DNA of 40,887 bases from Polyangiaceae bacterium (GCA_044222475.1 JBGANF010000071.1:1-40887); one strand, 5' to 3'; positions 9,775-19,250 are shown, counted from the stretch's first letter. Made by a program: numbers and translations. Notes: generated by a model from the sequence alone, not told the origin.

Positions 9775-10737
9775 TCAGCGGGGGATTTCGTGCCGTGCGT
9801 CGTAGGTCTCGAGCAGCTTCTCGATCGATCCGAGGTTGTTGTCGATCGCCTCTTGCACGATCTGGGTCATCGTCGCGCTCGAGCCCTTGAGGGCTTCGTA
9901 GTACCGCTGGCGCTCGGTGGAGTGCACGATCGCCGGCGGGTAACCGCCGCGAAGGAGCAGGAGGTTCAACAGGAGCCGCGCGACCTTGCCGCTGTCCTCG
10001 GGGAAGGGGAACGCGCGAAGCAGATCGTAGTGGGCACGCGCGGCGAGGCGAAGGGTGGTGCGGGTGCGTCGCGTCTCGGGATCGTTGATCCAATCGACGA
10101 CGTCGCGAACCTTGTACGCGATCTTGTCGGGTGCGGCGTACTCGTGGAAGTAGAGACGATGTTGCGGCACGTCCTTGCGGTAACGCACCGACTTCACGTC
10201 GCCTTCCTCCGGATGGAGGATGAGGTAGATCTGTTTGATCGTGTCGATCGTGATCGGCTGCTTGCGCTTGCCGGCGAGGTCGCGGATGAAGTCGAGGGCC
10301 TCGCGGTGCCGCCGGATCTCCTCGATCACCGGCTGCATGCTCGAGTCGATCTCGCCCTGGTAGCCGGTGGGATCGATGGCGGCCCGCAGCTCCTGGACGG
10401 TGTAGACCGAGCCCTCGAGGGCGCTGTCGTGATAAATCCACGACATGTCTAGGTTTTCTCGGTAGAGGCGCTGGAACTCGGCGTCGGAGGACTGGAGGCG
10501 CGCTTCGAGCTTGGCCGTGCGCTCCTCGATCGACACGGGTTTCGGCGGCGGCGGCGGCGGGGCCGGCCGTACGGAAGGCATGGCCGCAGCCGGTCGCGCC
10601 TTGGGCGCCTTGGCGGCCTTGCCGGCCTTCGGGAGCTTCGCCTGGGACTTGGGCGGTGCCTTCGGCGCGACTTTCGCCTTCGGTTTCGCAGCCTTGGCCG
10701 TCGGCTTGGCTTTCGCTTTGGTGGGAGCTTTGGGCAT
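9775..10737 (-). CDS. Fic-domain protein with non-canonical active site and Lys/Ala/Pro-rich N-terminal tail
   Basis: [11 protein letters not shown] (inhibitory helix-like), [37 protein letters not shown]...[15 protein letters not shown] at 10737. Confidence 0.85.
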   Translation of the reverse strand: MPKAPTKAKAKPTAKAAKPKAKVAPKAPPKSQAKLPKAGKAAKAPKARPAAAMPSVRPAPPPPPPKPVSIEERTAKLEARLQSSDAEFQRLYRENLDMSWIYHDSALEGSVYTVQELRAAIDPTGYQGEIDSSMQPVIEEIRRHREALDFIRDLAGKRKQPITIDTIKQIYLILHPEEGDVKSVRYRKDVPQHRLYFHEYAAPDKIAYKVRDVVDWINDPETRRTRTTLRLAARAHYDLLRAFPFPEDSGKVARLLLNLLLLRGGYPPAIVHSTERQRYYEALKGSSATMTQIVQEAIDNNLGSIEKLLETYDARHEIPR

Positions 10738-10833
10738 GGAAGCTGGGCGCGTACGGCACGCACACGCTAATGAAACGGAAGGCACATCGTCAACCGAATC
10801 GAAGCCGATCGCCCAGCCGGTTGTGGTGGAACA

Positions 10834-10876
10834 GCTGAACGGAAGTGCGGTATACCATACTGCATGCTTGTTCAGC
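10834..10876. promoter_or_regulatory. Two candidate Myxococcus-type LexA (SOS) boxes at recN
   Basis: 10860-10876 CTGCATGCTTGTTCAGC matches 16/17 of CTRHAMRYBYGTTCAGS; the reverse complement of 10834-10850, CCGCACTTCCGTTCAGC, matches 15/17. Confidence 0.65.
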
Positions 10877-12561
10877 TGAGCGTTCAGAATCTGGTGCTGA
10901 TGGAGCGGGTCACCTTGGAGCCGGGTCCCGGCTTCAACGTCCTGACGGGCGAAACCGGAGCCGGCAAGTCGATGCTCGTCGACGCGCTCTCGTTGGTCCT
11001 CGGCGGGCGAGCCGATCCGGCGTCCGTTCGTGCGGGCGCGCGCGAGGCCGAGGTCGAGGCGCTCTTCGAGGTCGCCGGCGGCTCGCGGGTGGCGGCCAAG
11101 CTCGAGGCCGCGGGCGTGCCGTGCGACGGAGAGCTCGTGGTGCGTCGCGTGGTCATGGCGGAGGGCCGCAGCCGCGCCTACTTGAACGGCCGCCTGGGTA
11201 CGGTGGCGCAGCTCGCCGAGCTCGCGCCCGATCTGTGCGACATCGCCTCGCAGCACGAGTCGGTTTCGCTCACCGATCCGGCGACCCACCTCGAGTACCT
11301 CGACGCGTTCGGCAAGCTCGGCGCCGAACGGCACGAGCTCGCGGTGCTCGTCGACGGTGCGCTGCACGTCGCGCGCGAGCTCGCCGCCGCGCGCGACGCC
11401 GAGTCGCGTCGCGCCGAGCGCGAAGACTTTCTGTCGTTCCAACTCGAGGAGATCGACGACGTGGCGCCGCGGGAAGGCGAAGAGGCGGAGCTCGAAGCGG
11501 AGCGCAATCGCCTGCGTCACGCGGCGCGTCTCCGCGAATCGACGCAGCGCGCGGCGTTCCGATTGTACGAAGGCGAGGGGGCCATCGACGACGATCTGGG
11601 TCGCCTCTCCGCCGACCTCTCGTCCGCCTGTGCGATCGACGCATCGCTCGAGTCGTTCGTGCGCGCGATCGATGCCGCCCGCGCCGAGCTCGTCGAGACG
11701 GCGCGCAGCCTCGGGGCCTACGCCGAGTCGATCGAGTCGAATCCCGATCGCCAAGCCGAGGTCGAAGAGCGCCTGTTCCGCTTGAAGAAGCTCCTCCGAA
11801 AGCACGGCGGCACCGTGAGCGAAGTCCTGCAATGCCGCGCGACGATCGCGACCGAGCTCGAGACGCTGCGCGGTGCGCACGATCGCATCGCCGCGCTCGA
11901 GGCGGAGCAAGCGCGACTCCTCCCCGAGCTCGCTGCCGCCGCCGGTCGCTTGTCCGAGAAGCGGAAGAAGGCCGCCGACCGCCTCGCCGACGCCATCGGA
12001 CGCGAGCTCGGTCACCTCGGCATGGGGCGCGCTCGGGTCGTCGTCGAGGTCGAGCGGACGACGGCGTCGAGCGGCGACGCGTTGGTGGTCGACGGCGCGC
12101 GCGTGACGCGCGGAGGCGTGGACCGCGTCGAGTTTCTCATCGCGCCGAACCGGGGCGAGGAGCCGCGCCCGCTGCGGAAGATCGCCAGCGGCGGCGAGCT
12201 CTCGCGCGCGCTGCTGGCGCTGAAGCGCGTCCTCGCGGAGAAAGGGCCTGCGGGGCTCTACGTCTTCGACGAGGTCGACGCCGGCGTCGGCGGCGCCGTC
12301 GCCGAGGTGATCGGCAAGTCCATCGCCGACGTCGCGCGCCACCGCCAGGTCTTGTGCATCACGCACCTTCCCCAGATCGCCGCCCAGGCGGACGTGCACT
12401 TCGTCGTCGGCAAGAACGAGACGGCCAAGGGGAGCCGCACGACGACGACGCTCAAGCGCCTCGACGAATCGGAGCGCGTCGAAGAGCTTGCGCGTATGAT
12501 CGGCGGCGTCCGAGTCGGCGAGGCCGCGAGGCGCACCGCATCGGAGATGCTGCGGAGGTGA
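10864..12561 (+). CDS. recN: DNA repair protein RecN
   Basis: VLTGETGAGKS, IASGGELSR, VFDEVDAGVGG, QVLCITHLPQIAA. Confidence 0.97.
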   Translation: MLVQLSVQNLVLMERVTLEPGPGFNVLTGETGAGKSMLVDALSLVLGGRADPASVRAGAREAEVEALFEVAGGSRVAAKLEAAGVPCDGELVVRRVVMAEGRSRAYLNGRLGTVAQLAELAPDLCDIASQHESVSLTDPATHLEYLDAFGKLGAERHELAVLVDGALHVARELAAARDAESRRAEREDFLSFQLEEIDDVAPREGEEAELEAERNRLRHAARLRESTQRAAFRLYEGEGAIDDDLGRLSADLSSACAIDASLESFVRAIDAARAELVETARSLGAYAESIESNPDRQAEVEERLFRLKKLLRKHGGTVSEVLQCRATIATELETLRGAHDRIAALEAEQARLLPELAAAAGRLSEKRKKAADRLADAIGRELGHLGMGRARVVVEVERTTASSGDALVVDGARVTRGGVDRVEFLIAPNRGEEPRPLRKIASGGELSRALLALKRVLAEKGPAGLYVFDEVDAGVGGAVAEVIGKSIADVARHRQVLCITHLPQIAAQADVHFVVGKNETAKGSRTTTTLKRLDESERVEELARMIGGVRVGEAARRTASEMLRR

Positions 12562-12565
12562 CGTC

Positions 12566-13645
12566 GTGCGTGAGGGCTGGGTGCTTCTGGGGTCGTGGAC
12601 GCTCGCGTCGGCGCTGGCCTGCGCCGGAAACGCAGAGCCAGCCGTCTCGCCGACGCCAGTGGTCGGCTCGGTCGTCTGCCCCGAAGGGAGCAGCTTCGAC
12701 CCTGCGCGGAGCTTGTGCATCGCCGGCGCGCCGCCGCCGCCTCCTCCGGTGACGCCACCCGACGCAGGCGTCGCGATCCGCACTCCGCCTCCCATCGCGG
12801 ACGCGGGCGCGACCGTCACGCCGATCGCGGTCGTCGATGCGGGGGGCGCGCCCACGCCGCCGCCGCTCCAAGCCGGGGCGGTCAACGTGTCGTGCGCGTT
12901 CCCCAACGGTTGGGTCACCGTGCTGCCGGTCGGGAAGTACCCGAAGGACGACTCGTTCGTCATGCAGGCGCTCATCGGCTTCACCCAAGACCCGCGCTTC
13001 TGGGGATCCGAGCCCGAGTACGCGCCGCTGAAGCCGTACGCGGCGAAGCGATGCACGTCGGCCGCGGTGTCGTTCTCGGTGGCGCCCGGCGACTACTGGC
13101 TCCTCGTCGGGCAGGAGGGCACGTTCTCTGCGCGCGGTCGGTACGACAAGAACGGCGTCAAGAAGAAGATCACCGTGACCGCGGCCGGCGCGACCTACGG
13201 GGTCGGTGCGAGCGATCTCGTGCAGACGTGGCTGTGCATCAGCTGCCCGTGGTTTCGCACCTACCGCGACGACGGGTCCGTCGCGACCAGCTTCGTCGTC
13301 CTCGCGCACCGCTCCGATCGCGAGCACGAAGGCACCGATCGCGTCGCCCTCGTGCACGCGCCGGTCGTCGCCGGGCGCATCGTCGCGCGCGTGCTGGAGC
13401 GCGAGGACGAGGTCACGTACCTCGACGAGCTCGTCCTCGTCGTCCGCGAGCCGAGCGGTCGAGAGGTGACGCTGCTTCCCCGCCTCGGTGGTGCCCGCTC
13501 CGCCGTGGCGGCCGCGGACGGCGTCGCGGTCGAGCTCGCCCGAGGCACGGAGATCGCGCTCGAGTACGAGCTCCCGCCGTCGCTCCGCTCCGCGAGCTCG
13601 ATCGACGGCGTCGTCGTGGCGACGGGTCACTACGAGCTGCGATGA
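12566..13645 (+). CDS. Hypothetical lipoprotein/exported protein
   Basis: Hydrophobic N-terminus ending ALAC; Pro-rich linker; SCPWF and EDEVTYLDELVL segments; stop overlaps the next ATG. Confidence 0.65.
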   Translation: MREGWVLLGSWTLASALACAGNAEPAVSPTPVVGSVVCPEGSSFDPARSLCIAGAPPPPPPVTPPDAGVAIRTPPPIADAGATVTPIAVVDAGGAPTPPPLQAGAVNVSCAFPNGWVTVLPVGKYPKDDSFVMQALIGFTQDPRFWGSEPEYAPLKPYAAKRCTSAAVSFSVAPGDYWLLVGQEGTFSARGRYDKNGVKKKITVTAAGATYGVGASDLVQTWLCISCPWFRTYRDDGSVATSFVVLAHRSDREHEGTDRVALVHAPVVAGRIVARVLEREDEVTYLDELVLVVREPSGREVTLLPRLGGARSAVAAADGVAVELARGTEIALEYELPPSLRSASSIDGVVVATGHYELR

Positions 13646-14649
13646 GGCCCAGCTTCGCGGTCGTGCTCGCGTGCGCGTGCGCGTGCGCGCCCGCGAGGGA
13701 TGCGCGCCCACCGAACGCCGACGCGCATCCGATCGAGGTCGTCGATCTCCACGTCGACGTCGGCGATGCGGTTCATCGCCGCGGGGTCGGGTTCGCGACC
13801 GCGGACTTCGACGCGAACGCCGATCGACTGCTCCGCGGCGGGGTGACGACGCTCGTCGCGCCGCTCTTCGTGCCGGAGGCGCAAGCGCTCCCACCCGCCG
13901 AGGTGTTACTCGAGTACGACGCGATCGAGCGCGATCTTCGCCGTGCGCTGGCGGCGAGCGCGTGGAGAGGGGACGTCATCCTCGGCTTCGAAGGTGCCGA
14001 CGGCTTCGCCGACGATCCCGGCGCGCTCGCGGGGTGGGCGCAGCGGGGCGCGTGCTTGATCGGCGTCGTGCACCGGCGCTCGAACGCTCTCGGCGGCGCG
14101 AGCCAAGAGCCGGCCTCGGCCGAGCGCCGACGGGGTCTGTCGGAGCGCGGACGCGCGGTCGCGACGAAGGCGCTCGACGTCGGGATGATCCTCGACGTCG
14201 CGCACGCGTCCGACGAGACGTTCGACGACCTCGCGTCGCTCGCCGAGGCGCGCGGACGTCCCATCGTCGACTCGCACACCGGCGCGCGCGCGCTCGTCGA
14301 CATCGAGCGGAACCTCGACGACGCGAGGATGGCGCGGGTCGCGCGCTCCGGCGGCGTCGTCGCGATCGACGTCCACGGCGGACACGTCGCGAGCGTCCCC
14401 GGCGAGCCACCGTCGCTCGACGACGTGGCCGCTCACGTCATGCACGCGATCGCGATCGCCGGACCCGATCACGTCGCCATCGGCAGCGACCTCGCGGGCA
14501 ACGTCGAAGCGCCGGCCGGCTCGGACGGTGCGGCGCTGTTCCCGTCACTCGCGGCGGTGCTCGAACGCAAAGGCGTCGCGCGCCCGGTCGTCGCCGCGGT
14601 GTTCCACGGCAACGCGCGTCGCGTGCTCGCGACGTGTCCTCGGCGGTGA
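13642..14649 (+). CDS. Membrane dipeptidase (peptidase M19), likely lipoprotein
   Basis: VDLHVD, LGFEGA, MILDVAHAS, DSHTG, RNLDD, HVAIGSDL, GNARRV; ATGA overlap start at 13642. Confidence 0.85.
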   Translation: MRPSFAVVLACACACAPARDARPPNADAHPIEVVDLHVDVGDAVHRRGVGFATADFDANADRLLRGGVTTLVAPLFVPEAQALPPAEVLLEYDAIERDLRRALAASAWRGDVILGFEGADGFADDPGALAGWAQRGACLIGVVHRRSNALGGASQEPASAERRRGLSERGRAVATKALDVGMILDVAHASDETFDDLASLAEARGRPIVDSHTGARALVDIERNLDDARMARVARSGGVVAIDVHGGHVASVPGEPPSLDDVAAHVMHAIAIAGPDHVAIGSDLAGNVEAPAGSDGAALFPSLAAVLERKGVARPVVAAVFHGNARRVLATCPRR

Positions 14650-14651
14650 CG

Positions 14652-15455
14652 TCAACCGGTCGCGAGGACGGTCGCGACGTTCTCGGACAGGCGAAGCGGC
14701 TTGCTGCGCTCGGTGAGGATCGACACGCCGGACTTGGTGACCGCGATCGTGTGCTCGAACTGCGCCGACAGCGATCCGTCGCTCGTGCGCACCGTCCATT
14801 TGTCGTGCGGATCGACGTCGACCTCGAAGCGACCCACGTTCACCATCGGCTCGATCGTGAAGACCATGCCCGCGCGGATGCGCTCGCCGGTGCCGCGCTT
14901 CCCGTAGTGCTTCACCTGCGGCGGCTCGTGGAATCGGCGGCCGATGCCGTGTCCGACGAAGTCGCGGACGACGCTGCAGCCGTTCGACTCGACATACTCC
15001 TGGATCGCCGCGCCGATGTCGCCGAAGCGCGCGCCGTCCTTGACCGCCGCGATGCCGAGGGCGAGCGCGCGGCGGCACACCTCCACGACGTGGCGCGCCT
15101 CGGGCTTGGGCGTGCCGATGTAGAACGTCGCCGACGTGTCGCCGTAGAACCCTTTGTAGAACGTGGTGACGTCGACGTTGACGATGTCGCCGTCGCGCAG
15201 GATCTGCTTGCCGGGGATCCCGTGGCACACGACCTCGTTGACCGAGGTGCACACGCTCTTGGGGAAGCCTTTGTAGTTCAGGGGCGCGGGGTAGGCGCCG
15301 CGGGCGATCGTGTCTTCGTGGACGATGTGGTTGATGTCGTCGGTCGACATCCCCGCTTTGAGCTTCTCGCCCACCAGGATCAGCGTGTCGGCCGCCATCT
15401 GGGAGGCCACGCGGATTCCGTCGATCTCCTTGGCGTTCTTCAGCTCGATGCTCAC
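14652..15455 (-). CDS. map: Methionine aminopeptidase type I
   Basis: YKGFPKSVCTSVNEVVCHGIP, GDIVNVDV, GHGIG..FHEPP, FTIEPMVN, SAQFEHT; GTG at 15455. Confidence 0.96.
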   Translation of the reverse strand: MSIELKNAKEIDGIRVASQMAADTLILVGEKLKAGMSTDDINHIVHEDTIARGAYPAPLNYKGFPKSVCTSVNEVVCHGIPGKQILRDGDIVNVDVTTFYKGFYGDTSATFYIGTPKPEARHVVEVCRRALALGIAAVKDGARFGDIGAAIQEYVESNGCSVVRDFVGHGIGRRFHEPPQVKHYGKRGTGERIRAGMVFTIEPMVNVGRFEVDVDPHDKWTVRTSDGSLSAQFEHTIAVTKSGVSILTERSKPLRLSENVATVLATG

Positions 15456-15492
15456 GGCGCACACTTTGCGCCGAAGCGCGGAAAGCCGCAAC

Positions 15493-16041
15493 TCACTTGA
15501 AATTCGCGAGCTCGTAGGCCTCTTTGACCGCTTCGACCACGTCCTTCGTGTCGGGCGCGAAGTGGAAATGCCAGCGCGGCTCGCCATCGGGGCCGCGGAA
15601 CTCCTTGAGGAACGCCACGAACGTCTTCCCGCCCAGGCGAGCGTCGAAGCTCTTCACGATCCCGAGAGAAGGTGACTGCTTGCCGACGTAGATCGCCATC
15701 TCGTCCGGGAGCTCGCCTCCCAGCTTGTCGAGCACCTTCACCGTGATGACGTACTCGATGTCGATGCCGTCGCCCCGACCGGTGACGGTCACGACGCTCA
15801 CCCGAGCGGTGCCTTCGGCGAGCTGCGTGCGCTCCCGCAGGACCGGATCCGTCCGCGGCGTTCGCGCGTCGTCGAGGTTCAAGCCGACGGCGCGGGGCTC
15901 GATGGTGTCGTCGAACACCTCGACGGACCGACCTTCGTAGGGCGGTCGCGGGCGATCGGGCGCCTTGGCGTCCGGCCCGCCGCAGGAGACCGTGCCGGCG
16001 AGGAAGACGGGGAGGGCCAATGCGAGAAGAAACCGACGCAT
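15493..16041 (-). CDS. Hypothetical lipoprotein
   Basis: MRRFLLALALPVFLAGTVSC lipoprotein signal; globular remainder. Confidence 0.7.
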   Translation of the reverse strand: MRRFLLALALPVFLAGTVSCGGPDAKAPDRPRPPYEGRSVEVFDDTIEPRAVGLNLDDARTPRTDPVLRERTQLAEGTARVSVVTVTGRGDGIDIEYVITVKVLDKLGGELPDEMAIYVGKQSPSLGIVKSFDARLGGKTFVAFLKEFRGPDGEPRWHFHFAPDTKDVVEAVKEAYELANFK

Positions 16042-16212
16042 GAGGCTGCTGAGATACCACATACCTTCCATCGATTTCCTTCCTCGTACGTCTTAAGGGG
16101 GAAGACGGATCATCTCACCTTGTGGGCCGTCCGAGTGCGGTGCTACCTTTCCCCACGCCGAGCGCTTACCGAGCGTGATTCGTGCGGCGCCTCTTTCGAT
16201 AGGGAGTTTTCG

Positions 16213-17082
16213 ATGAACCATCGTGCCATCCTCCTCTCGCTCGTCGCCGCGGGCGCTCTGTCCTCCGTCGCGCTGATCGGATCCGACAGCTCCGCCGCTC
16301 CGCCGCCCAAAGCGTCTGCCGCCCCGGCTGCCCCCGCCGACGCACCCACCGTCGCGAACCTCACGCCGATGATCGAGCAGTTCAAGTGGGGGATGACCCA
16401 CCTCGAGGTCGGGCGCGTCCACAACCAGACCGGCGGCCTCTTCGACCAGGACTACAACCCGCAGCTCGCCAAGCTCCAGCCCGGCGTGCAGATGCAAGCC
16501 GTCGAAGCCGAGCGCGAGCAGAAGAAGCTCGCCTTCACCGCGAGCTACGTCGAGTTCCGCGACACGCCGACCGGCTTCGACAACACCGGCATCAAGGGCG
16601 AGTACACGTACCACAACAAAGAATCGGTCATGTACGTCGACCGAGCCGGAAAGCGCCGCTACTTCTTCTTCATCGGTGCGGCACCGGGCGACAAGCTCTG
16701 GAAGATCTACGACGAGGTGAAGCTCGCCGACGGGCAGCCCTTCGGGAAGACCTACCAAGAGGCGGTCACCAAGCTGAACGTCCAGCTCAACACGCCGGCC
16801 CGCATTCGCGGCGCCGACCCCGCCCAGAGCCTCGCGTTCACCACCGCCGACTGGCAGGACGCCACGACCCACCTCCGCGCGCTCGATCGCACCCGTGACG
16901 GTGTCGTCGCCATCGTGATCGAAGATCGGGCGACGCTGGCTGCGCTCCCGAACCTCCGGAACGCCCAGGTCGTCGATCCGTTCGCCATCGACCCGACGAT
17001 CGCCGCTGCGACCCGCGGCGTCGGCCGCCAGGATCCGAACGCGGTCAAAGACGCGGGCGCGCCCGACGCGAAGAAGAAGTAG
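16213..17082 (+). CDS. Hypothetical exported protein
   Basis: RBS AGGGAG, signal peptide MNHRAILLSLVAAGALSSVALIG, strong GC3 codon bias. Confidence 0.75.
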   Translation: MNHRAILLSLVAAGALSSVALIGSDSSAAPPPKASAAPAAPADAPTVANLTPMIEQFKWGMTHLEVGRVHNQTGGLFDQDYNPQLAKLQPGVQMQAVEAEREQKKLAFTASYVEFRDTPTGFDNTGIKGEYTYHNKESVMYVDRAGKRRYFFFIGAAPGDKLWKIYDEVKLADGQPFGKTYQEAVTKLNVQLNTPARIRGADPAQSLAFTTADWQDATTHLRALDRTRDGVVAIVIEDRATLAALPNLRNAQVVDPFAIDPTIAAATRGVGRQDPNAVKDAGAPDAKKK

Positions 17083-17085
17083 TCG

Positions 17086-17349
17086 CTACGAGATCTTCTC
17101 GGCCCGCGGGGGGATCGTCCATCCGGCGGTCAGCTTGAGCTTCACCTTCGGCCCGAGGGCCTGGAGAACGGGCTCGAGCACCCGGTCGCGGGTCATGCTC
17201 ACACCGGGGCACCCGGCGCACGTTCCCGCAAGATGTAGGTGGACGTCACCCTCGTCGTAGCTGACGAGGTAGAGAACGCCCCCATCCGCCGCGATCAGGG
17301 GGAAGAGGACGTCGCGGCACAGCTTGAGGAGCTGCTCGCGCGTAGGCAT
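17086..17349 (-). CDS. NifU/NfuA C-terminal-like Fe-S carrier domain protein
   Basis: PLIAADGG.L.LV...VHLHLAGTCAGCP (CxxC). Confidence 0.85.
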   Translation of the reverse strand: MPTREQLLKLCRDVLFPLIAADGGVLYLVSYDEGDVHLHLAGTCAGCPGVSMTRDRVLEPVLQALGPKVKLKLTAGWTIPPRAEKIS

Positions 17350-17435
17350 GAACCTAGGCTATCATAGTTCGTTCCTGCGGTATTCTGGAGAACGCTGGGC
17401 TCCTCCAGAACGGCTCCACGCACTCCGCGACGAAG

Positions 17436-18356
17436 GTGAACGGTTTGTCCCGCTACCGACTTCGTTTCCTACTCCAAGAGATCGACCTGCCGCGCGGCGA
17501 GACCGTGATCGGGCGGAGCCCCGAGTGTCACGTGACGCTCGAAGATCCCTTGGTGTCGCGCCAGCACGCGAAGATCGTCGTCGATGACGGCGGCGCGACG
17601 GTCGAGGACCTCGGCAGCCGAAACGGAGTGCGCGTGAACGCGGTTCCGGCCCGCGGGCGAACGAAGATCAAGGATGGCGATCGCCTGCGCATCGGCACGC
17701 AGGAGTTCGTGGTCTCGGAGCTGTCTCGCGTCCCCGCCAGTCCGATGGCGTCGAAGACGACCGGCTTCCTGCGGCACTGCGCCAAGTGTCGGCTTCCCGT
17801 GCCGCAAGAGGTGCGCGAGTGTCCGGGCTGCGGCTCGACCGAGCGCGTCGACGAGGAGGACACGACGCTCACCGGTCAGCTCGGCCCGCAATCGAAGCGA
17901 TCGTGGGGCGTGGAGTTGCTGCTCGAGGTGCTCGAGCGCGCGGTGGCGACTCAGCGCGCACCCGACGCGGCGCGAACGCTCCAGAAGATCGCGACCCAGC
18001 TCGAAGAGGTCGTCGACAAGGGCGACTCGATCGACGACGACGTGCTCACGCGACTCAGCGAGCTGTCGGTGCGGACGAGCGAGCTCACGAAGGACCCCAT
18101 CCACGCGCGCTTCTGCATCGGGATCTACACCGTCCTTCGCAAGCTCCCGACCGAGGCCGTCACCGACGAGCTCGCCCTCGTCGCGGTTCGCGACGGCCTC
18201 GCGCTCCGGTCCAGCGTCGAGGAGCTGGTGCAGATGGGGAGGTCCCTCCCCGAACCGAAGAACGCGGAAGCGCTGGCGCGGTTGGAGCGCCTGCTCGAAG
18301 CGATCGGACCCACGTCATCATCGGACGACACGGGAGTGAACAAGTCGCTATCCTGA
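17436..18356 (+). CDS. FHA-domain protein with Zn-ribbon
   Basis: IGRSPECHVTLEDPLVSRQHA, EDLGSRNGVRVN; CAKC-x10-CPGC. Confidence 0.85.
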   Translation: MNGLSRYRLRFLLQEIDLPRGETVIGRSPECHVTLEDPLVSRQHAKIVVDDGGATVEDLGSRNGVRVNAVPARGRTKIKDGDRLRIGTQEFVVSELSRVPASPMASKTTGFLRHCAKCRLPVPQEVRECPGCGSTERVDEEDTTLTGQLGPQSKRSWGVELLLEVLERAVATQRAPDAARTLQKIATQLEEVVDKGDSIDDDVLTRLSELSVRTSELTKDPIHARFCIGIYTVLRKLPTEAVTDELALVAVRDGLALRSSVEELVQMGRSLPEPKNAEALARLERLLEAIGPTSSSDDTGVNKSLS

Positions 18357-18401
18357 GCGCGCCTTTTTTCGTCGCATGACAACCCTGCTCGAGAACATTC
18401 G

Positions 18402-19250
18402 ATGCGCTTTCGCCTGCGCTACCTGAACCACGACCTCGAATTGAGCGAGGGCGAGTTCGCGGTCGGGCGGAACGCGAGCTGCCAGCTCTCCCTGGACGAT
18501 CCGCTCGTATCGCGGCGGCACGCGCTGCTGCTCGTCGGGCCGGACATGGTGACGGTCGAGGATCTCGGCAGCCGCAACGGCGTCGTCGTCAACGGCGATC
18601 GCATCCAAGGTCGCGTGCTGCTGCGCGCCGGCGATCGCATCCAGATCGGTTCGCAGGAGATGATCCTCGTCGCCGCCGGTGGAGGCGCGAGCCCGTCGTC
18701 CGTGCGAAGCCCGCTCCGCGCGACGCTCACGAACCTCCCCGGCAACCAAGGCGCGCTCCCGGCGGACAGCCGCCCGACCGCCGCGAACCACACCGTCGAG
18801 CCCGATCCCAGCATGGTACGGCGGGTCGATGCCTTCAAAGTGCTCGGCGCCGTGGCCGAGAAGGCGTTCGCGATGGGCAAGGCGCACGAAGCAGAGCGCC
18901 TGCTCGCCGGGCCGCTCGGCGACGTGCTCGAGGCGGCGCGCTCCGGCAAGCAGGTGACCGAAGGCTTGATGGAGATGGCGGCGCGATTTTCGTCACGGCT
19001 CGCGACCGCGACTGGAAAGGGCGCGTGGGCCGACTACGTCGTGGAGCTCTACGCGACGCAGCGCGGGCTGATCCCAGCGGCCGTCATCGACGAGCTCTAC
19101 AACGCGTTTCGGCGCGTCACTGCGATCGACCTGGTCCTCCTCCGGGACTACGTCGCGTTCCTGCGCGAGCAGATGCCGAACCTCGGCCCGGCGGAGCGTT
19201 TTCTGGTGCAGCGGATCGAGGGTCTCGAGCGGCTGGCGGGGATTCGGTGA
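18402..19250 (+). CDS. FHA-domain protein (paralog of upstream gene)
   Basis: VGRNASCQLSLDDPLVSRRHA, EDLGSRNGVVVNG, GDRIQIG. Confidence 0.87.
   Translation: MRFRLRYLNHDLELSEGEFAVGRNASCQLSLDDPLVSRRHALLLVGPDMVTVEDLGSRNGVVVNGDRIQGRVLLRAGDRIQIGSQEMILVAAGGGASPSSVRSPLRATLTNLPGNQGALPADSRPTAANHTVEPDPSMVRRVDAFKVLGAVAEKAFAMGKAHEAERLLAGPLGDVLEAARSGKQVTEGLMEMAARFSSRLATATGKGAWADYVVELYATQRGLIPAAVIDELYNAFRRVTAIDLVLLRDYVAFLREQMPNLGPAERFLVQRIEGLERLAGIR

Noticed and set aside
8993..10765. 590 aa extended HisF
   Set aside because: The N-terminal extension is an alternate frame of the Fic gene; HisF begins at 9772.
9775..13056. 1093 aa giant Fic fusion
   Set aside because: The upstream portion is the antisense shadow of recN and the lipoprotein gene; the plausible start is ATG 10737.
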